From: Utricularia gibba
Taxonomy: Eukaryota > Plantae > Magnoliophyta
Direction of reading: 5' to 3'
Length of the DNA: 64,000 bases
NCBI GenBank assembly: GCA_002189035.1
Contig: NEEC01000014.1
Coordinates: forward strand, 2,914,001-2,978,000
The position numbers and the translations under genes were made by a program. Below are positions 1 through 12,411 of the stretch, piece after piece (the first letter of the stretch is position 1; each line of letters opens with the position of its first letter). A model generated the notes under the pieces. That model did no database searches. It was not told where the DNA came from and saw only the letters and a program-made list of their open reading frames with translations.

Positions 1-294
1 TCTGGTATGAAAAGCAAGTAAGCAGACAACCGTTTTTCACACGACAATACTAATACACAAAGCAATCAAAATTACCGTTGTAACTCACGAAATGCTGATA
101 GATAGATGACGAACAACAATTTGGTAGAAGACGAATTGAAGATATTCAGGGGAAAGGGACTCTAGCAGTTATGCAATTAGGGATTTCAATCTCGGGGGTA
201 AATGTGCGATTGCCGTGCACTGCCACTCTGACAAGGAGATATTTCCAAAGATTAAATATTTAATAGCGGGCACTTATATCTAGGCTTATCGGTC

Positions 295-986
295 TTTGCG
301 AATATTTTTTTGAAAAACCAGTATATTGAAAGCACCACATTTGAATGTTGATGGTGCTCCTAGCAAGCACCGCCTAAGTACCATTCAGGTGCCATTGCAG
401 AACTTGCATTGTGTTATCAAAGAAGCACCTAATTCTACATAATGTGGTGCTTGCGATACACATTCCCTACAGCACTGGAATGAACATGTTGCAGTGCTTG
501 TGATATTGAATTCAAAAATTTTTAAATAATAAATAATGCACTCGATCCTCTTTTTTCTAAGGATCGAGTGCAATATTTTATAATAAATAATGCACTCTAT
601 CTTTAGGAACGATAAGTACCGAGTGCGTTATTTATTTTAAAGAAAAAATATTGCACTCGATCCTCCTTTTTTCTAAGGATCGAGTGCATCATTTTATAAT
701 AAAAAATGCACTCTATCTTTAGGAATGATAAGGATCGAGTGCGCTATTTATTTTTATAATGCTTTTTGAATTCAGTATCACAAGCACTACAACATGTTGA
801 TTCCAGTGCTGTAGGGAGTGTATATCGCAAGCACCAGATTATGTAGAATTAGGTGCTTCTTCGATAACACAATGCAAGCTCTGTGATGGCACCTGAATGG
901 TACTTCGGCGGTGCTTGCTAGGAGCACCATTAACAGTCAACGGGGGTGCTTTCAATATAATGGTTTTTCAAAGAAATATTGGCAAA
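295..986. repeat. Long inverted repeat (foldback/MITE-like), ~220 bp arms around a hairpin-repeat core
   Basis: Arm 295-518 (ctttgcgaatatttttttgaaaaacc...ttgaattcaaaaa) is the reverse complement, with scattered mismatches, of 763-986 (tttttgaattc...ggtttttcaaagaaatattggcaaac). No TSD identified. Confidence 0.85.
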
Positions 987-1200
987 CATATTTTTTATAA
1001 TAAAATGATGCATTCGATCCTTAGAAAACATAAGGATAGAGTGCATCATTTTTATCACAAGTAAATAATGCACTCGATCCTTATCGTTTCTAAAGATAGA
1101 GTATATTTTTTTATTTTACAATGATGCATTCGATCCTTACAAAACATAAGGATAGAGTGCATTATTTTTTTTAAATAAATAATGCACTCTATCCTAATGT
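535..1200. repeat. Array of ~8 short palindromic units (tgcactcgatcct-N10-aggatcgagtgca), ~57-60 bp period
   Basis: Units at about 537, 590, 652, 706, 1007, 1067, 1123 and 1180; 13-bp stem visible at 537-549/560-572. The array is interrupted by the right foldback arm. Confidence 0.85.
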
Positions 1201-1415
1201 ATATCCCTAATCGAATGTATTGCTTATTTAAATTACAAAATAAAATTGAAAATTTAATGTATTTATTTTCCGCCATGTGTGAATCTACCATTCTAAGCTA
1301 ACGACTTGAGAAGCAGGCTTAGGGTTTGTAAAATCAACGCCGGATTTGGGTAAACACAATGCACATCCAAAATACTAATTAACTCAGTAATCGCAAGAAC
1401 CATAATGGCACAACA

Positions 1416-2816
1416 TTACCTCCTTCTACGGCATGACACCCACTCCTCGTACATGTTGGCAGCGCATGCGTCACGAAATGGATTCCAAGAATGGGAGGAC
1501 CCAGTGGTTGAATTGTCATCTTCAACTTCACCCGTGTCTGCATCTACATTATGGAAATCTGGAGGCACTGCAGTCTCAAGAGGGTCTTCGGTCATTTCCT
1601 TGCTTATGAAATTGTGTAACAAGGTGCAGCCCACAACTATAAGGTTTTGAATATCTATTGGATAAAAACATGGACTACGTAGCACAGCCCATTTCATCTT
1701 CATGAGCCCCTAAACGCGTTCAATAACATTTCTAGCGGAAGAATGGTGCATATTGAAATACTCCTGTGCATTTTGGGGTGTTCGAGTTCCAACACCTCAT
1801 TCCTTCAAATGGTATCGAACCCCCCTATAAGGTGCTAAAAATCCTTCACAATTTGCGTATCCATTGTCACATAAATAATAAGTACCTATCACAAGAGATG
1901 GACATATTACAGCGCAAATTACGTGCATATAACTAATAATAGGAGGATTGCTATGTCAAAAAAAATACCTCTATTAACGCATAGCCTATTTTCTCATGTT
2001 AGTGCATCATTTAGTACCCTACTGTCGGCGGCGGAACCCTCCCATCAAGCAAGAATATAGATAAAACGCATATTCTCATCGCATACACCAAGCACATTGG
2101 TAGATATTTGGCCTTTGCGATTATGGTACCTGGGTTTCTCATCAGAGCTCACCCGCATGCCAATATATGTGTCATACAATGCTCCTACACAGTTCTACAA
2201 GAACAGAATGGAAATGCATGCATTATGGACACTACATTAATGCTAGAAATAAGAAATATCAAGCTAAATGTACTAGAATGTACCTGAAAGTACTTGAATC
2301 TACCCTCTGTGGACTGATTATTTTTAGGCCTTTCCAACAAAATATCATTGGGAGTGAGAAGTGCGTCCAAAACTTCTTTAAAATACCGAGATAATGTCTT
2401 TGTCGATCGCCTAAAAATATGTTTTGAACTCGCATTTTTTTGTGATGCGATAATATTCCCAAAAACATTGCAACCTTCTCATGAATGCTCACATACTTCC
2501 CTGATTGTAGATTTGCACGCACTTGCAAAATGTAACATAGCTTTCTGAACACATCTTTTGATAACCTTAGATTTTCTAACAATGCCGAATTAGAGTCTGT
2601 TAAAAGATTACTTAAATAGTCAACCTGTCTTTTCATCTTCGCCTTCATAGAATACTTGCATTTACGTTTTTGTCTTCCATAATAACGAGTCGAATAAAGA
2701 TAGACAATAAAATTCAGCCTAACTAGGTATTCTGCTAACACACATGTAATAGCAGCTAACACGGCCTCATTTTCAGACTCATAAGACCTTGCCATCATTT
2801 CACTACTCGAACCCAC
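1416..2816 (-). pseudogene. PIF/Harbinger DDE transposase, decayed
   Basis: Minus-strand motifs LLENLRLSKDVFRKLC and [82 protein letters not shown]. Contains in-frame stops and frameshifts. Probable right TIR near 3200-3214 (ataccaaacatatc). Confidence 0.9.
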
Positions 2817-3984
2817 TACTCACCATAAGATGGATTAAATTAGAGCATAAAAAATAGTTTAATAATAAATACAACCACACCCAACCGTCTGCTTGTAGAC
2901 AACAACCATGCGCACCTTACCCAAGATGTATTGTCGCAATTTTACAAAAGATTGGCCGTGTGGAAGACGGTGATTTGCGCAAATTAAGGAGCAGGGACAC
3001 CAACAGTAATTTTAGCAAAAACAAGGGCACGATTGGAAGTAAATAATAAGGAGAGGGCTAAAATTGGAAAACCCAGCATGGTTAAAGACGGGTATATTTA
3101 AACCCACCTCCCTAGATGGGTTTATATAAACCCATATGAGCGCGTTGCTGATAGGTTTAAGGAAACCTGCCGGGTAAATTTATACCCGATAGGAACCTAC
3201 ATACCAAACATATCTATTACGTTAAAACAACCTATAAACCTATCTAAACTCACGAAGCAAATGCGCCCTAAGGAGTATTCTGAAAAAAATTTGAATATTG
3301 TTTTTTATTTTAGAAAAATAAAAAATGAAAGTAGAAATTTTTTGAAAAAAATAAAAACAAAAATGCCATGTTTTGAAAAAATTGCAAAAATATATATTCG
3401 AGAATTATTAACAAAAATAGAAATAAAAATCGAAGTGAATGTTTTATTATTTGTAATTTTAACTCATTTTTAACTATACCCAAAAACTTATTTTTGTTAA
3501 AAATACAAATATAGAAAGTCTTTTGTACACATTTATTTTTGATAAATATAGAAATAAAAATAGCAACCAAAAAACATTATTTAACTCATGAACATCATAA
3601 ATGTATTGCTTGAGCAATTCTTAGAGTGGTTTGACCATGATGAATGACTTCTTGATAGGTATTTGCTTCCAAGGCATATCAATGTTCTAATAACCTTCTC
3701 TTCCCTCAACAAAGTTCAACTACTACTCTAATCAATTATATTTGAAGTTCAAAATGCTGGTGTTATGGAGAAGGAAAATATTTATGTAAAACTAAGGAGA
3801 TGACACTCCTACCTTTAGTGTAATCAAAATCTAAAAATCAAAACCTAATCGATGCACTAAGCAACAAATATCGAAGAAGAGTATGCCTTGCCCAACAAGT
3901 AGGTTAAGTTTTCATACACCTACTCAAAAGGTGTATGAAAAACCTAAGGTGACAAGAGCTAGTCTCATCACTAAATGATATGTG

Positions 3985-4513
3985 TGATAGGGGATTAATC
4001 GGACAAGGGTAACCGGTTCCTAAAAGGTTACCAAAAGAGAATCTGAGGGGATAATGTCAGTCGACAGATCAATATCTGTCAGAAATCTGACAGGTATGGA
4101 CATATGACACAGTCTGAAAAGCGGCCAAATTACGGCATAACAGGCGGCCTATATCTGAAAAGCGAGATCGCATAGCAGGAGCAGAAAGCAACTGATATTT
4201 GCAAACGTCAGAATTCGGTCAGAGTGAGCTCTCCTATAAATAGAAGGAATTATGACGAACACCAGGTTGAAAAAAAGAAGAGGATTCTTGAACTTATATT
4301 CCCCTCTTCACCATCTCCATCTAGTGGAAATCTTTCCCGGTGAGCTCCGGTAGCTCCGTGGTTTTTCCGCTTTTCGGGGGTTTCCACGTAAAAATCTTCG
4401 CTCACTTTTACTTCAATTGAACCAACCGTGAAAACGCGACTAAGTGTGGCATTCCCGATTGCACCTATCACCTTAAATCGGCCTCCCACCGGATACCGAT
4501 TTTACCCGTAACA
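3985..4513 (+). mobile_element. Solo LTR (Tat/Retand-like Gypsy), 529 bp
   Basis: TG...CA termini, perfect 5-bp TSD ATGTG (3980-3984 and 4514-4518), TATAAATA near 4235. The gctccgt..gttttt..gggttt..cacgtaaaaatc motif is shared with the Tat 3' LTR at 29.9 kb. Confidence 0.85.
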
Positions 4514-4665
4514 ATGTGCATCTTTATGTCCATTACCTCGTGGAGTTCTAAATTTATGTCTACTTATTCTAATGTAGTTGTCAAGATCAACTTTTTGTAA
4601 AATAGGAGAATATGTTTATGGTGGTAGAAATATGGACAAAAAAGTATAACAAAAAGGAGAAGTCC

Positions 4666-5442
4666 TGATAGTACACAAATTTTCATGTTTTAGGATAGGA
4701 AAAATCATAAATTTTTAATTATGTTTAAGTGTTAATTTTATAGTTTTAAGTATTTTTATTTGATTAGGGAAAATATTATTTTTGGTCTATAGATTTAGCC
4801 CATCCAATGTCTAACCCGATTTTGGAGTCTAACAGCAACCCAAATTGTCAAGGAAGGGAACAAGTAACTTCGCAACTAAGAAGCTTGATTTAGAGGTAGA
4901 CCAACAAATTAAGGCGGACGCAGTAGGTGTTAGTTCGGGGTAGAACCAATAGAACCAGGTATACCTAGTTCTATAAACTTTGTATGCGGGTAGACCGAAT
5001 TACAATGTTGGTGATGATATTGAAGACTAGTTTTGCCGAAAATCTTACAAATGACCTAGGTAGACTTGGGTTATTTGAAGTTGTGAGTATAGGGACATGG
5101 TAATTTAAGTTAGACATTTTAGCACCACACCACCTGCGGACCCTTAAAGCATCTTCGTATTATTCCGAGTTAGAACTAGTACTTTTTACCTTTCGCATTT
5201 AAACTTGATTTCGTTTACTGAACTTACTTGCTACTGCTAGCCCGATCTTAGACTAAAACCTACTGTTATTTTGAATTTTGCATCTGCTGAAACACCTAGC
5301 AAGTACAAGCTCCTTGTAATCGATCCCGAAATCCACTATACAAGTTTTTTTAAATTTGTATTTACTGTAAATTAGGGCTTATAAATATATTTGATACGAA
5401 ATTTCTATTTTTATAACGACATTAGAAAATTTTCGTTTATCA
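4666..5442 (+). mobile_element. Internally deleted solo LTR (Athila-like)
   Basis: Begins tgatag and ends tttatca; perfect TSD AGTCC (4661-4665 and 5443-5447). Reverse-complement match to both ends of the longer copy at 61607-63019. Confidence 0.85.
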
Positions 5443-7289
5443 AGTCCCATCTCGTTGCTCCTTTTATTTCACATATTTATACTTGTTGTAGACTATAATC
5501 GATGTCTTGAGGTAAATCTGATTTCTTGGTGCAAGTCCAAATTATGTATACATTTTAACGGTTAAGATATTATTTTTGACTAATGCATGAATCGATAAAA
5601 GAGGTCAAGGATTTTTTTTGTGGAAACTTTTGAAATGGAAAAACTATAGAATTGGAGGATCTCACCAGAAAAATGTCTTCACTAAGGAGGCGAAAAGGAG
5701 GGTTACAAGTAAAGCATAGAATATATAATGATTTTCTCTTTAGACGTTCCCTTATTTATAGGGGAAGCTCGGCCGACTGATTTCTTCAAATGTTAGCTAC
5801 TTTCTATGTTTGATAGGTATATTGGCCATACTTGTGGTCCCGATTTCATATATTTGCTACCTGCTCTTAATTCTTGCAAGTTGGTTGTTTTTTAGGTTCT
5901 ATTGAAATGCTTGAGACCTAACATTGTCTAGCTCCAATTCCCGCAAGCAAACACTTACGTTATCGGTTGTCAGAGTTCATTCCCTACTTCTAAATTGATT
6001 TCTCCTTGTTATAATTTGCTATCTTGTTATAATCGATTTTCCCATTTTTCAAGTCATAATTTGTTATCTTGTTACTTATTTTCTTAAATCTAACCTGAAA
6101 ATAATTTAATATTATGATTTCCTAATAACAACAATATAAACTCTTCAAATCCTAAAGCACCCATCGGCAGAATTGTAATTTTTGAATCACTATTCATTAT
6201 CTTTTTTTATGTAAGTACCCTTGATTTTTTTTTGTCGAGTTATTATATTGTTTTCCTTTTTATTCATTTCTAAAACCTTAAATCATATAATTTTATGTAA
6301 AATGAATTAAAAACACTAAACCACATAACACAAAAAAATTATATGAAATAAATAAAGAATTATTTTATTGATTTGTATCGGTTGAGTGGTTTGGATCCGT
6401 CAATAAAACGGGCAGTCAAATCATATCGGGTTATTCCTGCCGATGGCATGCACATCTAACCAGCATGCGTGGTTCACCGGCTCCACCGAAAACTCTCATC
6501 TGTCAAGGAGATGTTTTCGATTTACATTCTAGTCTCTTCAAAAGAGCTACTAAACTATCGGACCAGTCAGGTCATTTTCAAAACCTCCCACTGCAAAAAA
6601 ACTTAATTCCAAAACCACCCACTGTGTATACTATGTATATAAAACCACTCATGCTAACTTTTTCTTTTCTATTTTGAATTACTTTTATTCTTACATATCG
6701 TACACATTTAAATATAATAAATATATATATTTAAATAATATAATTTCTATTATAAATATGTCAAATTTTATTTAAAACACCATTTATGTCACTCAAACTA
6801 ACTAATTAATAAAATATTTTTAAAAAATTACTCATATTTTAAAAATAAAAAATACACATTTATATTTCTAATATTCCTCAAGATATTTACGTTTTTTTTT
6901 TAAATTACAAAAATAATACATATATATTATATGTATCATTATTTTTGAACATATAATAATAGAAATCATGTTTTCCAATATATTATAATTATATTTCGAT
7001 TAATGAAAACAAATTTTACATATCTTAATTTATATTGAAATTGATACCGACAATAAAAATTACAGTGCGAGATTTTCAAGCACCGTAATAATCTATTACA
7101 GTTACTAAAATATACAACAATTTTAAAATAATAACAAAATATAATATTTATATTTATAATATTCCACAAGATATTCGATTTTTTGAAAAAATTCAAAGAT
7201 ATATCTTATATGAATCATTATAATACATATATATCTATAATATATCGATTTTTTTTATAATACAATAATAGAATTCATGTTTTACTATA

Positions 7290-7800
7290 TACTAATTGTA
7301 TTTCAATTTTACATATGTTAATTTATATTGACCGATCACTACAATTCATCAATTACAGTTATTAGAAATGAAAGTAATATAAGTAATACGATAATTCTCT
7401 ATTTTTTACAGTTATCAGAAATAAAAGTAATATAAGCAAAACGAAAATTGTTTATTTTTTCCAATCCTCGTAATCATCAATTACAATTACCCAAAATGAA
7501 AGTAATATAAAGAAAATGACAATTACTTATTTATGACGATCACTATAATTCATCAATTACAGTTACTAGAAATGAAAGTAATATAAGCAAAACGAAAAAT
7601 GTTTATTTTTTCCAATCCATGTAATCATCAATTACAGTTACTAGAAATGAATGTAACCAAAACGAAAATTGTTTATTTTTGCCAATCCCTTTAATCATCA
7701 ATTACAGTTACCAAAAACAAAAGTAATATAACGGAAACGATAATTGCATAATTATGCCGATCACTGTAATTCATCAATTACAGTTGCCAGGCAAATAATA
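7290..7800. repeat. Tandem array in left MULE TIR (~60 bp units, atcatcaattacagttactagaaatgaaagtaatataa core)
   Basis: At least 8 degenerate units containing caattacagtta; inverted counterpart at 14150-14870. Confidence 0.85.
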
Positions 7801-7936
7801 TTTTACATATTGATAATATTTATCCTTATTTCATAAACGACTCAAAAAATTTACTCATAAGTGACTTCTACTTCCTAGGCTATTGAGTAGACGATCTAGG
7901 AAGATCAAACCTAGTGTTCATACCTTGAGGTTGTTC

Positions 7937-10561
7937 TTAAAGAGATGATCGTGGTTGTTGAGAAACACCTTCGAAATCACGGTGATATGGTACATCAATA
8001 GATAGCCGATGGCTCTGAGGTGGACTATGTGCAAGTGAAGTTGTATCTTGTGAAAATCTTGGTCTCCCACTATGTCCACTTCTCCTTCCTGTGCTCCTTC
8101 CCTTATCCATATTCATCCTATATCGCGAACTACGTGTACGACCATGTCTAGTCATCTTTTTGCGTGTAGGAACATGAATGAGAGGCATTGTTGCTGGCCA
8201 ATGTCTCTCTACTCGAAGTGGATGGAATTGGACCTTGTATGCTTTCATCAAATGTTGTTGTAAGTGTATGGGATCCACATATTGTCTTAAATCAACTCCA
8301 AGTCTATTGCACGCCTGAAATAAACACGTCTTTCATATTGAATAAATGAACATTATTAAATCATAGTCTAACCTGTTGTGCATGTGAGCATGGTATTCCA
8401 TAATTTTGCCATTTGCAGCAAGTGCATTTGCCCTCCTTGATGCGCACCACACAAATGTTATCTTTCCCATTTGCTTTCCTTTGGGTGATTACATGAACTA
8501 TCATTTCGTAGTGATCATAAATCTCTACTCTTAAATAAGGATGAGACTTGTCCCAATGATCAAACAATCGTTGTGCTTGTGTCGAAAGGACTTGATTCTT
8601 CCTTTGTGCCTCTAGTGCCAACTCCAAACCTTCGGAAATATACTTTTTGCATCGAGCAAATGTAGCCTGCATGTTATTACATTCAAAATTTTCGGTAAAT
8701 TTAAAACACAAAACACAAATTAATCATACCTGAGCCAATGGCGTAAGTGGGAGATGTCGTGCTCCTTTCAAATCACTATTCATTCCTTCAACTTGATTGG
8801 TAGTCATTGTTCCATATCTTCGACTACCATCGTGAGATATTGTCCAAGCCTCGGGAGGAACATTCATTAAGTAGTTCCAAGCCACGATATTTATCATTCT
8901 AAGCTCTTCCATATAATCATATAATTTCTCCACGTACCCGGTGAATGATGCTTTAAGTAACAACATTCGAACCGGCTCAGATTTAAATCTTTCAAAGAAA
9001 TTTGCTCGAAAATGGCGAAAGCAATAGCGATGACATCCTCCAAATTCTTCACTGAATGCTGTAACTCTGATTGCTACCTTTCAAATAGAGTCACATCTAT
9101 CAGAAATCAAGCACGTGGGTTTTCCTAATGCAATGTAAGTTCCCACTAGCTCTAGAAACCATAGCCAAGAAGCATCAGTTTCTTCATCTAAGGCGGTCAC
9201 CGCAATGAGCAAAGGCAAGCGGCAAAATCTTTCCACATTGAGAGATGGTCACCGCAATGAGCATTTTGTGCCTGTATGTCACATACAAGTGCGTTGCATC
9301 GACTGAAATAACCGGACGGGTGTGCTGGTAGGCATGTATACATGGTCCAAACGCCCAGAAGTAATAGTGCAATGTGACTCCATCTTCCTTATTCCTCCAT
9401 TGGATTACGGTGCCTGGATTTTGTAAGGCAACTTCATTTAAGAAAGCTGGAAGTTTCTTTACTGATTCCTCCCATGTGCCATACACCTTCTCAAAGGCCT
9501 TTCGTATTCCATACCATGCACGTTTGTACGGTACTTCATAACCAGTTGTATCCAACACAACTGCAATAATAGTTGACACTTTGGTCCAATGTTTGCTTCA
9601 ATATATGGCTTGGCAATCTGAGAGATATAATCATGATTGATGTTTCTGTGATAAAAGAATCCCGCCCCCTGCCGCTTGCATGTATGAGGCTCAATAAGCT
9701 TTGAGATCTTCCATTTTCCCAATCGTTTATAATGAGCTGCACGAATCCTCCAGTTACAGTTTTGAGTGTCACGTTGTTTGCAATACATCTCCAAGACTCT
9801 AAGCCTAATGTCATCAACATTGAACTCCTTTCCAATTTCAATGGAAAATTCTATAACTTGTCTTTGAAAATCTTCTTTATCTTCAAATAGATCACCTTCC
9901 TTAAATCTCGATTCATATTGATGTGTGTATACTCCATGATTACTTGATTCTTCCCCTATATCATTCCGAATCAAAACTTGTGTTTCCTTCAAGCACATTC
10001 TCTTCGCCTTCTGAGTTTTGAGGAGTATGATCAATATCAGGAACCTCATTTTCATTAGTGAATTGCATAAATGAATCGCCATCAATATTTTGGATTGGAC
10101 TGAAATCATAATCAGCATATTCATCTATAGAAAAATAGAATATCATAAAATTAAAAAAAAACATATACAATTTCGAAATTTACAAGAAAGAAATAGTCAT
10201 TACCGTTGTCTCCAATTTGTGAGTGAGATTCTTCTGAAAAAAATGGGTCATATTCCACAAATAAATCCACCGGAGCAATAACATGGTTAGGTTCATGAAG
10301 ATAATCTAGGTTGCTCTGTGTCTCTAAATTCAAATACCTCGTTTCTCTAGTCACAACATCAAAAAACTGGGCAGATAATTTAAGATTGAACCTCAAAGAA
10401 GAGAATTGAACAATCTCATATAACCTTGCTTTTAATTCTTCCAATGAAATATTGGCATCTGACTGAAAAAACTGGATTCCCACACTATAACTTACGTAAT
10501 TCCCGTAATAATAGATTTGACCTCCAAAGAAGACCTTGTATGAGATAGATTTGAAAGCCAT
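7937..10561 (-). pseudogene. MuDR/MULE transposase (spliced, frameshifted)
   Basis: N-terminal YKVFFGGQI; MuDR domain FKEGDLFEDKEDFQRQVIEFSI...CNWRIRA; catalytic core PVISVDATHL...ILPLAFA, SWLWFL, CLISDR; TTNQVEGMN; SWIM finger KCTCCKWQNYGIPCSHA. Split over several frames. Confidence 0.92.
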
Positions 10562-11150
10562 CCAAATAGAGAGATATGTAAGAATGAGGTTGCAAGAAGA
10601 TGAGGTTCTTGAGAAGGATGAAAGAATGGTTTTCAAAAGCATTTCAATTTGAACAATTCAGTCATGTGATTGGGGCATGTGAGTCCAAAACATGGGGACA
10701 CATGTCAGTAGACTTTATTGATCTTGGAACATGTAGCTGTCGGTGTTGTCGGCTGATAATAGAATATAGGCGGCACACCGCAATGGAGAAACCAGTGAGC
10801 AGCCAAAGATATAATCAAAATTACACAAATAATAAAGATTTAGTATGTTTAACATTCTAAAAACGTGTGATTAAGTGTATTGTATGATGCAATAGAGAGT
10901 AAGTGTATACTTGTTTTTAGAGTAAAAAAAGTCGAAATCGAAGAATTTTTCACAATGAAACCCATTCTCATTACTACATCTAAAACACTACATAATCGTA
11001 ATAAGTTGCAAATTTCACATTTTTTTGAATCTTATTCATGTATGTAAAAAAAATTGTAATAAGTTGCAAATGATATATAATTCATAACTATGTTCAATAT
11101 ATGATCATATTTTTTAATCCCGTCTTCAAAACATTAATCAGATGGATTTA

Positions 11151-11192
11151 TAGGGTTTAGGGTTTAGGGTAAACAGGTTTACCCTAAACCCC
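11151..11192. repeat. Telomere-repeat (TTTAGGG) hairpin
   Basis: tagggtttagggtttagggtaaa-cagg-tttaccctaaacccc: 14-bp perfect stem gggtttagggtaaa/tttaccctaaaccc. Confidence 0.8.
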
Positions 11193-11799
11193 AAATATGG
11201 TCACTGTATATTCAATTACGGTGACCATCCGTAAATCTTCTATTTTTACCAGAATCACGTCAAATTTTACTTCACACGCCTTCCACTTATCACGTGCTAC
11301 AGTATTTTTGACTGAAAAAGTATCATTCGGTTCCCGATAAAACAGACTGACAATTTTCCTGAATTTATTAAATTGGGTTTTCAAAAACAAATTAATTACT
11401 TTAAAAATTTATTTACACTATTCTTCTCTTCCTTCTTCAACCACTTTATCAATCTTCTTATTTCAAAGCTTTTTTCATGCAGAACAGGTATGCTTTATGT
11501 GTAATTTTTGTTTATGTTTTTTTATATCTTAATGGTCATAGTATTGGGTTCTCTATTTCACGAGGATCTGAAAGCATACAAGATTTGTTTTATCTGAAAA
11601 TTTTCGTCACTGTATTGATCAATGTTGTGAGTGAATCTAAAAAGGATTGATGGCTTTCTTTTTTTTTTTTTTGAAATTATCGTCACCATAATGCGTTTGT
11701 TACAATGCATTGCTTTGAAAGTATCCCCACTCTTTTTCATTTTGAAATTACGGTCATTATAATGTGCAAAGATCTCAAAGCATATGAAACGTTATTTTA

Positions 11800-12350
11800 C
11801 TCTCGTCACCGTATTGTGTGATAATTGCAGTGCGTGGCTCTGAAAGTATGCATATGTTTATTATATTTTGGATTTGTAGTCACCATAATTCGTTCATTGC
11901 AGTGCGTGGCTTTATGCAGATGTTTTTTTGTTTTATATTTTTTCTGACTGTAATGCGATAATCGCGCTGTGTGACTATGAAATTATGCGAAGTTTATTTT
12001 ATTGTGAAATTTTAGTCACTGTATCTCTTTTATTGTGGTGTGTGGCCATGAAATTATGTGAAGTTGATTTTATTCTGATATTTTAGTCATTGTATCTCTT
12101 TCATTGCGATGTGTGGATATGAAATTATGTGAAGTTTATTTTATTGTTAAATTTTAGTCATTGTAATGACTTCATTGCGGTGTGTGGCTATGAAATTATA
12201 CGAGGCTTATTTTATTATGAAATTTGAGTCACTGAAATGCTTTCATTGCAGTGTGTGGCTATGAAATTTTAGTCACTGTAATGCTTTCATTGCAATATGT
12301 GGCTATGAAATTATACGAAATTTATTTTATTACGAAATTTTAGTCAATGA
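11800..12350. repeat. Internal tandem array (~60 bp) upstream of the MULE second gene
   Basis: About 8-9 units of ttttagtcactgtaatgctttcattgcagtgtgtggctatgaaattat..gaagtttattttatt. Confidence 0.85.
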
Positions 12351-12411
12351 AATGCTTTCGTTACAATTTATGGATTTGAAAGTATCCATTTTCATTGTTC
12401 TTTATGCAGAG

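Noticed and set aside
1-290. Possible LTR fragment at the window start
   Set aside because: No terminus, TSD or second copy visible in the window.
3600-3980. Possible degenerate Gypsy pol traces (DALS-like, EWL-like)
   Set aside because: Too few matching residues to support an assignment by eye.
7290-7800. CRISPR-like regularly spaced repeats (also 11800-12350, 36495-36716, 535-1200)
   Set aside because: Eukaryotic context, degenerate units without unique spacers, and no cas genes.
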